Shown here piece after piece: positions 1 through 9,086 of a stretch of DNA of 64,000 nucleotides. The notes beneath the pieces were generated by a model that was given only the letters and a program-made list of their open reading frames with translations, ran no database searches and was not told the DNA's origin. How positions within the stretch are numbered: position 1 is the stretch's first letter; every line of letters begins with the position of its first letter. The translations under genes were made by a program, and so were the position numbers. The DNA is from Pseudomonadota bacterium (lineage in GTDB: Bacteria > Pseudomonadota > Alphaproteobacteria > RF32 > CAG-239): the NCBI GenBank assembly GCA_030523245.1, contig JAUNIW010000003.1, forward strand, positions 1,023 through 65,022, in the 5' to 3' direction.

Positions 1-1980
1 TGGTTCGGCATTGTTGCCATTTATATCACCAAGTTTTTCGGCTGGGATAATCTGTTTTCTATGGTACCGAACGAGTTTGGCGGTTTTATGGCCAGTATAA
101 CGTTGCCTTTGGCCATTATCTGGGTTGTAATGGCATATATTGACCGTGGCAGCAGTTTTCGCAATGAAACACAAATGCTGCACGATTCGCTTAATCAGAT
201 AATTTTTCCGGATTCTAATGGTAATGCTGCTACAAAAATGATTGCTGATGCCATTAAGGAACAAGTGTCTGATTTGAAAGAAACTATTCGGGATGTTTGT
301 GCGCAAGCCGATGTCATTAAACGGGATTTGGGTGACAGAACGGCGGAAATGAAGTCTTTGGCAGGAGAACTGGATACATATTCATCACAAACGATGCAAC
401 AGCTGAATGCGGAAATTAGAAAGCTGGTAGAGAATTTTACGTTTGTTGCCGAAAAAGCTGCTTCGACGACAGCTGATTTCCGCGTAAATACTCTGCAAAT
501 GAAAGAAGACAGTGAACAGCTGGTACGTATTGTAACACCGATGGTCAACGAAATGGTTACGGCTGCCGAAAATATTAAAGAAGTTGTTAATGTTAACAAT
601 GAAAATATTGAAAAAGCACAGATGCAGCTGAATAATTATTCCGAATCCAGCCAGCTGGCTATCGGTAAAATTATTGAATCATGGGCCGAAAAAGGTGAAA
701 ATCTGGAAAAAACTTTCCTGCGGACAGCCGAAAACTGCGAAGAACTGTTCCGTCGTCTGGATTCCGGTATTTCACATATTGAAACAAGTATTAACGAACA
801 AAAAGCCATTGTGGAAAAGCAGTCTTCAATTTTAGATAAAAATTCGGGATATCTGGATAAAAAATTGGGTGAATACGGCAAGTTAATCAGTTTGGAAGTG
901 GAGGCAATGATTGAGCGTTCCAATACCTTGGAACAAAATATCCAGACGCAGATGAAAGATATGCGCACGGCTTCTGAACAAATAACAGAAATTTTCAGCC
1001 GGCTGGGAACAGATATTTCCGACAAACGACAATTACTGGAAACAGAAGGTAGTCGTATGGTTAACAATATTAACCTGACGGTCGGGAATTTGGGAGAAGA
1101 AGTCAAACGCCTGAAAGATTTCTATAAAAATACGCAAGATAAAAACAGCGAAATGGGTAAAGTTTTTTCGTCGGTGTCACAAACATTAAAAGAAATGGAA
1201 GACGGTTTGTTGGCAAGTGTTAATAACTTCAGTGCCAAAGCCGGCGGTATTGTGGATAAATTCCATGAGGTTAATAATCTTGTGTCCGGCAATATCGGTA
1301 AATTAGCGGAAACAGCCGACAATATTTCCTCGCAAAGCAAAACAAATGCCGGTTTGTTAATTGAGCAGGACGAATATGTTAATAAAGCTTTGGCCAGTTT
1401 GAGCCAGATTACCGGAAAAATTTCTGCCCTGAATAAGGAAATGTCGGCAACAGCCGGTAATGTCGGTAAAACTTTGACGGTTTACGAAAATAAAATGACG
1501 TCATTCGGTAAAACCATCGGAGAACATTTGGCAAATTTAAATGAAAACTATGATAAAACGCAAAAACAATATGACGAATTTAATCAAAAATTCAAAGTGG
1601 CCAGTATTGATACGTTTATGAAGTCTTCCTCTGATATTATCACCGAACTGGAAACAATATCTATTGATATTAACAGCATTTTTAATAAAAGTTCGGATGA
1701 TGAAACTTTATGGAAAAAGTATTATGAAGGTGATCACGGCGTGTTTGTTCGCTATCTTTCAAAAAATATGACTAAAAAAGAGGTTGTTGCCATTCGGGAA
1801 GATTATGAGAAAAAACCTGATTTTCGGGTTGTTGTCGATAAATATCTTGATGACTTCAACAGTTTGATTGAAGCCGCGCGCAGCAATAATCGGGCAAGTA
1901 CTTTGCTGGCCTTGATTTCCGGCTCGGATATCGGTAAGGTTTATTACATTTTGTCGCGCGCTTTGGGAAAGGTTAACTGA
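1..1980 (+). CDS. Membrane-anchored long coiled-coil protein; 5' end probably lies outside the window
   Basis: ORF track 61..1980. The same frame has no stop from nt 1 to the ATG at 61 and encodes hydrophobic residues (WFGIVAIYITKFFGW). A second hydrophobic stretch follows (ASITLPLAIIWVVMAYI), then about 550 aa of E/K/Q/N-rich heptad-like sequence. No family recognised. Confidence 0.6.
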   Translation, partial: WFGIVAIYITKFFGWDNLFSMVPNEFGGFMASITLPLAIIWVVMAYIDRGSSFRNETQMLHDSLNQIIFPDSNGNAATKMIADAIKEQVSDLKETIRDVCAQADVIKRDLGDRTAEMKSLAGELDTYSSQTMQQLNAEIRKLVENFTFVAEKAASTTADFRVNTLQMKEDSEQLVRIVTPMVNEMVTAAENIKEVVNVNNENIEKAQMQLNNYSESSQLAIGKIIESWAEKGENLEKTFLRTAENCEELFRRLDSGISHIETSINEQKAIVEKQSSILDKNSGYLDKKLGEYGKLISLEVEAMIERSNTLEQNIQTQMKDMRTASEQITEIFSRLGTDISDKRQLLETEGSRMVNNINLTVGNLGEEVKRLKDFYKNTQDKNSEMGKVFSSVSQTLKEMEDGLLASVNNFSAKAGGIVDKFHEVNNLVSGNIGKLAETADNISSQSKTNAGLLIEQDEYVNKALASLSQITGKISALNKEMSATAGNVGKTLTVYENKMTSFGKTIGEHLANLNENYDKTQKQYDEFNQKFKVASIDTFMKSSSDIITELETISIDINSIFNKSSDDETLWKKYYEGDHGVFVRYLSKNMTKKEVVAIREDYEKKPDFRVVVDKYLDDFNSLIEAARSNNRASTLLALISGSDIGKVYYILSRALGKVN

Positions 1981-1982
1981 TA

Positions 1983-2945
1983 ATGACTTTTGGCGGATTC
2001 GACAGTCCGGTATTTTTGGCGCCGATGGCCGGTGTGACAGACAGGCCTTTTCGCCATATTCTTACGGATTGCGGCAAGGGTAATATGATTGCCGAAATGG
2101 CGGCCGTAAATGCTTTACAGCGAAAAAATCCCAAAAGCTGGCAGATAGCCGATGTGCGTGCCGAATCTTACCCTGTCGTGGTTCAACTGGTTGGAAATGA
2201 TGCGGTGTTATTTGCCGAAGCCGCAAAGCTGGTGGCAGATTTGGGGGCAAGTTCTCTGGATATCAATATGGGGTGTCCCGTAAAAAAAATCGTGAATAAT
2301 GAAGCAGGTTCTGCTTTGATGAAAGATATGCCGCGTGCTGCTAAAATTATTGAATCCGTGGTAAAAGCAACGCCTTTAAAGGTCAGCGTAAAGTTTCGCA
2401 AAGGCTGGGATAATGAACATATCAATGCCGTTCCGTTTGCAAAAATGTGTGAAGAAAGCGGTGCCTCCTATATTACGGTACATGGCCGGACAAGGGCGCA
2501 GGGTTACAGCGGCGAAGCAGACTGGAATATTATTCGCGCAGTTAAAGAGAGTGTCAGAATACCGGTTATCGGCAACGGTGATATTGATTCGCCGCAAAAA
2601 GCCGGACAACGTATGAATGAAAGCGGTGTCGACGGTATTATGCTGGGACGCTCGGTTCTGGGTAATCCATGGCTGCTGCACCAGACGCATACTTATTTAT
2701 GTCTGGGAGTTATTCCGGCAGAACCGTCAATATCCGAAATCCGAAGCGTTTTACTGAAACATTTACGGCTGCTGGTGGAATATTATGGCGAGAAAAACGG
2801 TATAGCCGTTTCCCGTAAACATGTCGGCTGGTATGTGCGCCGCTTTTATGAAGCCAAAAAATTTCGGGAACAATATACCAAAATGTCTGATTTGATATCG
2901 GCAGAAAAGCTTATAAATGATTATTTTACGGGATTGGAAAAATGA
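1983..2945 (+). CDS. dusB: tRNA-dihydrouridine synthase (DusB/NifR3 family)
   Basis: Dus hallmark motifs FLAPMAGVTDRPFR, VQLVGND, LDINMGCPVKKI and VHGRTR. Length of 320 aa is typical. Confidence 0.9.
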   Translation: MTFGGFDSPVFLAPMAGVTDRPFRHILTDCGKGNMIAEMAAVNALQRKNPKSWQIADVRAESYPVVVQLVGNDAVLFAEAAKLVADLGASSLDINMGCPVKKIVNNEAGSALMKDMPRAAKIIESVVKATPLKVSVKFRKGWDNEHINAVPFAKMCEESGASYITVHGRTRAQGYSGEADWNIIRAVKESVRIPVIGNGDIDSPQKAGQRMNESGVDGIMLGRSVLGNPWLLHQTHTYLCLGVIPAEPSISEIRSVLLKHLRLLVEYYGEKNGIAVSRKHVGWYVRRFYEAKKFREQYTKMSDLISAEKLINDYFTGLEK

Positions 2946-4309
2946 AAATAGTAATTGGCGGCGCCTCAAATGTCGGAAAAAGTCTGGTTGGCTATCTGAG
3001 CTTGGGAAACAACGATATCGTTGTTGTTGACGAAGATTCGGCCAAGCTGGATGAAATTGCCAAAGATTATGATATTCAACCGGTTTCCGGCTCCATATCA
3101 AATCCGGAAGTACAGGAAAGTGTCGGTATGAACAAGGCGGATATGCTTATTGCGGTGACTGAAAGCGATGAGGTTAATCTTGTTGCCTGTCAGGTTGCTT
3201 ATACCTTGTTTAATGTTCCCCGCAAAATAGCACGTGTCGATTCGCAGTATTTTCTGAATCCGCTATGGAATAAATTATATAATGAAAAAAGTCTGCCGGT
3301 AGATTTGGTTATTACGCCGGACATTGAAATTGCTAAATTTTTATTAGGTTTATTTAAGCTTCCGGGCAGTATGGCCGTTTATCCGTTTTTGAATGAAAAG
3401 CTGAATATTTTCAGTTTTCGGCAAAAAGATGCGGACATTCCTTTTATGAAATTTTCCGTTAATCATATTAACAGCAAACTGGCAGAATTATCAGCGGCGG
3501 TGGTATTGATTTTGCGCGGAAATCATCGGATTTTAATAGGAGAAGACGATGTTTATCTGCAGCGTAATGATATAATTTACATTACCTGTCCGCCGGAACA
3601 GAATATTGAGATAATGCGTTTGTTCGGTGTAGATCACAATCCTTATGAACGGACAGTGCTTTTTGGGGCAAATGCCATTTCATATTATCTGGCGTCAAAC
3701 CTTGAAACAGACGATAATCTGATTAAAAGCTGTATAGTTGAAAGTGATGAAACAAAAGCACGCAGATTGGCGGAAAGACTTGAAAACACGTCGGTTATCA
3801 GCGGCGAGATAATAAGTGACCGTATTTTGGAAGATGCCGGTTTTGCTACGGCAGATATCAGCGTTGCCGTAACGGAAAAAGATAAGGACAATCTGCTTAT
3901 TTCTCTTCTGGCTTCAAAAAATAAGGATACGCAGGCTGTTTCTCTGATAAATTCCAGAGAATATAATGTATTGGCTACAAATATCCGCAACAATACAATT
4001 GTAGACCGTTCGGTTATTACCGTTTCCGGTATTTTGCAATATCTGCGCCGCGCCCGAATTTATGAGGCATATGCGCTGGGGCGTGAAATGGGTGAAATTT
4101 GGGAAATCAGATTGGGAGAAGACAGCCGCAATGTCGGACAGTCTATAAAAGACTTGGATATGCCGGAAAACAGTGCTGTTTTAGTGGTAGCAGGTGCAGA
4201 TAAATATACCTATAACCTGAAAGATTATCAGTTGAAAGCGGAAGACCGCCTGATTGTTTATGTTTCTCCGGCAGATATCCGTACGGTTGAGGCCATATTC
4301 TATCGCTGA
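2942..4309 (+). CDS. trkA: Trk potassium-uptake NAD-binding subunit TrkA (both Gly-rich dinucleotide motifs degenerate)
   Basis: Colinear with remembered E. coli TrkA (MKIxIxG..., ADMLIAVTESDEVNLVACQVAYTLFN, two tandem RCK halves, 455 aa). ATGA overlap with dusB. Confidence 0.8.
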   Translation: MKIVIGGASNVGKSLVGYLSLGNNDIVVVDEDSAKLDEIAKDYDIQPVSGSISNPEVQESVGMNKADMLIAVTESDEVNLVACQVAYTLFNVPRKIARVDSQYFLNPLWNKLYNEKSLPVDLVITPDIEIAKFLLGLFKLPGSMAVYPFLNEKLNIFSFRQKDADIPFMKFSVNHINSKLAELSAAVVLILRGNHRILIGEDDVYLQRNDIIYITCPPEQNIEIMRLFGVDHNPYERTVLFGANAISYYLASNLETDDNLIKSCIVESDETKARRLAERLENTSVISGEIISDRILEDAGFATADISVAVTEKDKDNLLISLLASKNKDTQAVSLINSREYNVLATNIRNNTIVDRSVITVSGILQYLRRARIYEAYALGREMGEIWEIRLGEDSRNVGQSIKDLDMPENSAVLVVAGADKYTYNLKDYQLKAEDRLIVYVSPADIRTVEAIFYR

Positions 4310-4438
4310 TTGTTTCTGAAAATAAACTTGAAAATACTTGAAATTTAAAAAAAATGCGCTATGGTAAGGCAACTTTTGCTGCGTGGACGAAATTCCGCGG
4401 CGTTTTTTATAAGGTTTTGAAAAGGAAATATAAAAAAA

Positions 4439-6262
4439 ATGAGTATGAGAAATATCGCTATTATTGCCCACGTTGACCATGGTAAAACAACATTGGTTGA
4501 CGGGTTATTAAGGCAGAGCGGAACGTTTCGGGATAATCAGAAAGTAGCCGAATGTGTTATGGACAGCAATGCTTTAGAGCGTGAAAGAGGTATTACCATT
4601 CTTTCAAAATGTACCTCGGTTGATTGGAATGGTACTCATATCAATATTGTGGATACGCCGGGACACGCAGATTTTGGCGGAGAAGTTGAACGTATTTTGT
4701 CAATGGTGGACGGGGTTGTTTTGCTGGTAGATGCTTCGGAAGGCCCGATGCCGCAGACAAAGTTTGTTTTAGGTAAAGCTTTGAAAATCGGTTTAAAGCC
4801 GATTGTTGTTATCAATAAGGCAGATAAGCCGGACGCTCGTCCTGATGAAGTTCTCAATGAAATTTTTGATTTGTTCGTAAGTCTGAATGCCAATGATGAA
4901 CAGCTGGATTTTCCTGTATTATACGCTTCCGGCCGCAACGGTTGGGCTGTTCGTGATTTAAGTGAAGAACACAAAGATTTAACGCCGTTGTTTGAAACGG
5001 TCTTGTCCTATGTCAGCGAACCGGTATGCGAACCGGACAAACCATTCAGAATGCTGGCGACGACATTGGAAGCAGATAAGTTTGTCGGTCGTATTCTGAC
5101 CGGTAAAATTCAAAGCGGCAGTATCAAGGTAAACGAAACGGTTAAAGTTATTAACGAACACGGGGAAGTAGAACGTTCTAAAATAACTAAAATTATGGCC
5201 TATAAAGGCTTGGAACGTGTGGCCTTAAATGAAGCACATGCAGGTGATATTGTTGCTGTTGCCGGTATCGTAAAAGGAACGGTTGCCGATACAATTTGCG
5301 CTTTGGATGTAGATAATAATGATTATATCACGGCTCAGCCGATTGATCCGCCGACATTGGCCATGACATTTTCCGTAAATGATTCGCCGTTAGCCGGTAA
5401 AGAAGGTGACAAAGTTACTTCACGTGTAATTTGGGCGCGTCTGGAAAAAGAGGCAGAAGGCAATATTGCCCTGAAAATTTCCCGTACGGACAATTCAGAT
5501 ACTTTTGAAGTTGCCGGTCGCGGAGAATTACAGCTGGGTGTTTTAATCGAAACAATGCGCCGTGAAGGTTTTGAATTGTCAATTTCACGTCCGCGTGTTA
5601 TCATGAAACGTGATGAAAACGGTCAGCTTCTGGAACCGGTTGAGGAAGTTGTTGTTGATGTCGATGAAGAATTTTCGGGTGCTGTTGTTGAAAAATTAAG
5701 CAGACGTCGTGCCGAGCTGGCAGAAATGATTCCGTCACAAATAGGAAATAAAGTCCGTTTGATTTTCCATGCCCCTTCCCGCGGTTTAATCGGTTATCAT
5801 TCCGAGTTTTTGACAGATACGCGCGGTACCGGTGTAATGAACCGTATTTTCTATGCATTTGAACCTTATAAAGGTGAAATAGAAGACAGACGCAACGGTG
5901 TAATGATTTCCAGTGAAAACGGTCAGGCTATTGCTTATTCTTTGTGGAAACTGCAAGACAGAGGACCGATGTTTGTCGAACATAACAGTCCGGTTTATAT
6001 CGGTATGATTATCGGGGAACATACAAAATATAATGATATTGAGGTAAATCCGACAAAATCCAAACAATTGACCAATATTCGCGCATCGGGCAAAGATGAG
6101 GCTATTGATTTGATTCCGCCGCGCAAATTGAGTCTGGAACAGGCTCTGGCTTATATTCAGGCTGATGAGTTGCTGGAGGTTACGCCTAAATCGCTGCGCT
6201 TGAGAAAACGCATTCTGGATCCGATTGCCCGTAAGCGCGCTAAACCGGAATCCGTGGAATAA
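4439..6262 (+). CDS. typA: Translational GTPase TypA/BipA
   Basis: G1 AHVDHGKTT, G3 DTPGHADFGGEVER and G4 NKADK motifs, an EF-G-like domain series and a 607-aa length. Confidence 0.95.
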   Translation: MSMRNIAIIAHVDHGKTTLVDGLLRQSGTFRDNQKVAECVMDSNALERERGITILSKCTSVDWNGTHINIVDTPGHADFGGEVERILSMVDGVVLLVDASEGPMPQTKFVLGKALKIGLKPIVVINKADKPDARPDEVLNEIFDLFVSLNANDEQLDFPVLYASGRNGWAVRDLSEEHKDLTPLFETVLSYVSEPVCEPDKPFRMLATTLEADKFVGRILTGKIQSGSIKVNETVKVINEHGEVERSKITKIMAYKGLERVALNEAHAGDIVAVAGIVKGTVADTICALDVDNNDYITAQPIDPPTLAMTFSVNDSPLAGKEGDKVTSRVIWARLEKEAEGNIALKISRTDNSDTFEVAGRGELQLGVLIETMRREGFELSISRPRVIMKRDENGQLLEPVEEVVVDVDEEFSGAVVEKLSRRRAELAEMIPSQIGNKVRLIFHAPSRGLIGYHSEFLTDTRGTGVMNRIFYAFEPYKGEIEDRRNGVMISSENGQAIAYSLWKLQDRGPMFVEHNSPVYIGMIIGEHTKYNDIEVNPTKSKQLTNIRASGKDEAIDLIPPRKLSLEQALAYIQADELLEVTPKSLRLRKRILDPIARKRAKPESVE

Positions 6263-6274
6263 AAAATGAAAAAG

Positions 6275-6294
6275 CACCCGAACGGGTGTTTTTT
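6275..6294 (+). terminator. Rho-independent terminator after typA
   Basis: CACCCG-AA-CGGGTG hairpin (6275-6288) followed by a T-run at 6289-6294, 13 nt after the typA stop. Confidence 0.7.
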
Positions 6295-6349
6295 CTTTAT
6301 TGAATATTAAGTTTTTTTGCGTTACTCTTTTCTCAGAGGGAGTAAAAAG

Positions 6350-6916
6350 ATGTCAGAACATGAAGCTAATAAAAAATGTCCGGAATATTGCCCGTTTCTC
6401 AAGGCAAATAACACCTTTTGCGAATTATTTAAATGTACGTTGCAACAACGTTTTTCTCTGCCGCAGAAATGTGAAGACTGCCTAAATCCGGCACAACGCA
6501 TGGCTTCATATAAGTCTCTCGGGTTGTCTTTGGATAATCGTATTGAAATGTGGCAGAATGCTGTTGTCAAACACAATGAAATTGAACTGAGTAAGCGCCG
6601 GGAGGAAGAAGAAACAAGACAAAAATTTGCCGCATCTCTGTCAGAAAAATACGGGGACAGGCCGCCTTTGACCGGTAATGTTTATCTGAAGAATCTGGTT
6701 ATAAATTTATTTATGGTTTTAGATGCAACAGAACGTATGATGATGCAGGCTGTTTTGGGCGGAAGAAATGGTGCAGCCTTTCTTGAAGCTGTAGACAGAG
6801 CGCCCAAAGATGAATCTTTATTGCGGAATATCCGGCGTGAATTAGACACCTATTATCAGGATTATACGCAAACTATTCAAAAATCCGTATCCGGACGCGA
6901 TAATGGCAGAATTTAA
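6350..6916 (+). CDS. Hypothetical protein with N-terminal six-Cys cluster
   Basis: ORF track 6317..6916. The ATG at 6350 is preferred because GAGGGAG lies just upstream. N-terminus reads CPEYCPF...C...C...CEDC. No family recognised. Confidence 0.55.
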   Translation: MSEHEANKKCPEYCPFLKANNTFCELFKCTLQQRFSLPQKCEDCLNPAQRMASYKSLGLSLDNRIEMWQNAVVKHNEIELSKRREEEETRQKFAASLSEKYGDRPPLTGNVYLKNLVINLFMVLDATERMMMQAVLGGRNGAAFLEAVDRAPKDESLLRNIRRELDTYYQDYTQTIQKSVSGRDNGRI

Positions 6917-6977
6917 TTCTCTTGCGTTTTTGTCAATTTTGTGCTATTATTACGGCAATAAAATGTGGAGATAGAAT

Positions 6978-8930
6978 ATGTCCAGAGAAATTTTGCTGCT
7001 TTCAACGGCGGATAATCGGGTTATCGTTGTTTTTTTAGAGTACGCCAATCAAGCGGAAAAACAGCGTAAAACGTTGCAATACAGACAATTTTGCGAAAAT
7101 ATTTCATATGAAGATTTTATAATCCGCTATAATAGTTTTGTGGAGAATCAGTCGCAGCATATTGACAGTGTGTCAGAAGATTTGTTTTATCATCTTGATG
7201 CCGAAAATACGCCTTTTTTGGAAGCGGAAATTTCTCATGGAAATTTACGAAAGCAACCGCATAGGTATGTGAACGAATTAAATGAAAATAATTATTCTTC
7301 CGGAGTAATGCAGCCGAATACAATCCATTTTGATTATCGGATTTCGGACAGCGATATTCCGCCGCTTATCAAAGAGTTGGGATATCAGATAAAAGCACAG
7401 GACAATATTTATCGGGTTGAATATGATAATGCAACAAACAGCTATGTCGTAAAAAACTTTAATATTCGTCGGGCAACAGTTTTTAATGTCAAAAAAGAGA
7501 TAAGCTTTGTTCGGAATCACTTTACCCTGCCCCCGGCCGAGTATCAGACCATGCAGCGCCTGATTAAATCATGGGACAAATACAGGCAGAGATATCCTCA
7601 AAAAAATATTAACGACTTTATGGATACCATAGGAAATGACAGAGAACAGAGTTTGTTTAGTATTTATGCCAATGAATATAATCTGTCTTCACATCGTTTG
7701 TTGTCCATAAATCATGAGCTGACCCATGTAAAGAACAATATTCTGCTTGTGGGCCGGAATTTGAAGCAGTCAGCTAAAAGATTGTCCGTGGAAGATTATT
7801 ACCGGATGGAAGTTGAAGATGAGCGCAGCGCGTATCTTTCACAGGTTGTAAACGCCGCGAATATTTATTTACAAAAGGGCAATCCTGATGATTTTTCGAT
7901 GTTTGACAATGAAGCAAAAGATTTGGTTTTTGATATGTTGAGAATGCCGGCGGAAGAGCGCTTTGCTTATATTCAAAATCCTCAGGTTATGTTGGATGCG
8001 GCATTCAAATCTTTTGAGGCTACTCATCGTCAGAATTATGACAGCCGGCAATTCAAAAATAATATGAACATAAAAATGAAAAATGTTCCGTTATCCGCCC
8101 TGCCCGATTCAGACCGGAAAGAATTTTTTCTTTGTCGTTCTTTGCTATATGTTTTCCGGATTTATAATCCGCAAACCCAAACTTTTGAAGAAAAGAATCT
8201 GTCAGACTATATAAAACCGGAAGACGAAATCCGGATATCCGATAAAAACAGAAGGGAAATCATTGAACCATGCCGGCATGAATTGTTGAACCGTTTGAGA
8301 GATTATACTTCAAAATGTCGTTCCGGTACCATCAATCCTCAGCTGGTAGACGAAGCTAAGGCTTTAATGCGGGATAATTTACATACGCCGCGTTTTATAA
8401 ATCAGATAAACGGTGTGGAGATAGCGGACTTAGTTGATGAAAAACGGCCGCGGAAAAAAGAGGCTGCGGAAATAATACCGGATAAACCTTTGGGTTGGAA
8501 TAAGGATATTGAACGTTATTGGAAACAATTTGACGGTTATAAAGAAATTACAAACAACAGCAAAGAATATAAGTTTTCCGTAAAAGAGAGTACAATTCGT
8601 TATACGTCTCAGGATAAGGTACAAATAAGTACAAATGCCGATTACGATGTTTATGATAAACTCTTGCAAGAGCCGACCAACAAAAATAAACCGGTTATAT
8701 TTAAAGATACTCTGACAAAAGAACAGGCCTTGAAACTTTATGTTGCTTGTGTTAAAAACAAACGAACGATGAAAGGAAACGTTCCGAAAGATCTGACAGG
8801 TTTAAAAAACTTGAGGGGTGTTCCGTTGACAGACATACAAAGATGTCAAAATGCGTCAGGGCAGAGGACGAATAACAGCGGCGCCGTTTTGCAAAATCTG
8901 CGTCAAAGTCCGTCAAAAGCCGGCAGATAA
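6978..8930 (+). CDS. Hypothetical 650-aa protein with an HExxH zincin-like motif
   Basis: Long uninterrupted ORF. HELTH is encoded at 7713-7727, with acidic residues (EVEDERSAY) about 35 aa downstream as a possible third ligand. The C-terminal tail is basic. No family recognised. Confidence 0.6.
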   Translation: MSREILLLSTADNRVIVVFLEYANQAEKQRKTLQYRQFCENISYEDFIIRYNSFVENQSQHIDSVSEDLFYHLDAENTPFLEAEISHGNLRKQPHRYVNELNENNYSSGVMQPNTIHFDYRISDSDIPPLIKELGYQIKAQDNIYRVEYDNATNSYVVKNFNIRRATVFNVKKEISFVRNHFTLPPAEYQTMQRLIKSWDKYRQRYPQKNINDFMDTIGNDREQSLFSIYANEYNLSSHRLLSINHELTHVKNNILLVGRNLKQSAKRLSVEDYYRMEVEDERSAYLSQVVNAANIYLQKGNPDDFSMFDNEAKDLVFDMLRMPAEERFAYIQNPQVMLDAAFKSFEATHRQNYDSRQFKNNMNIKMKNVPLSALPDSDRKEFFLCRSLLYVFRIYNPQTQTFEEKNLSDYIKPEDEIRISDKNRREIIEPCRHELLNRLRDYTSKCRSGTINPQLVDEAKALMRDNLHTPRFINQINGVEIADLVDEKRPRKKEAAEIIPDKPLGWNKDIERYWKQFDGYKEITNNSKEYKFSVKESTIRYTSQDKVQISTNADYDVYDKLLQEPTNKNKPVIFKDTLTKEQALKLYVACVKNKRTMKGNVPKDLTGLKNLRGVPLTDIQRCQNASGQRTNNSGAVLQNLRQSPSKAGR

Positions 8931-9086
8931 AGGTGTTGAGAGATGTCTTGATTATTTTATCGCAGAGTTGGTAATTTTTATTAAAATGATAAAATGCTCG
9001 CGAAAAGGTAAAATTCTTTTCTACGGCTGAAAAAACGGCCTTATTTTTAATTTGGCTGAATTTACAAAAAAGAAAGAGAAAATAAA

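Noticed and set aside
1251-1259. Perfect DnaA-box-like TGTGGATAA
   Set aside because: It is a single copy inside a coding region, with no neighbouring boxes or AT-rich unwinding element. That is compatible with chance and is not evidence for oriC.
195-1340. Minus-strand ORFs 195..599, 636..1106 and 1122..1340. Analogous antisense or out-of-frame ORFs occur throughout, e.g. 5786..6277, 16367..16867, 41092..41667, 43579..44073, 49858..50442 and 54171..54842.
   Set aside because: All lie entirely within longer ORFs that carry clear family motifs on the other strand or frame. Their translations are low-complexity or Cys/Phe/Ser-rich, as expected for shadow frames in AT-rich DNA.
6300-6485. 61-aa ORF 6300..6485 and the longer start (6317) of the Cys-rich ORF
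   Set aside because: The 61-aa ORF is out of frame within the better-supported 6350..6916 gene. The 6317 start lacks an SD, whereas GAGGGAG precedes the ATG at 6350.
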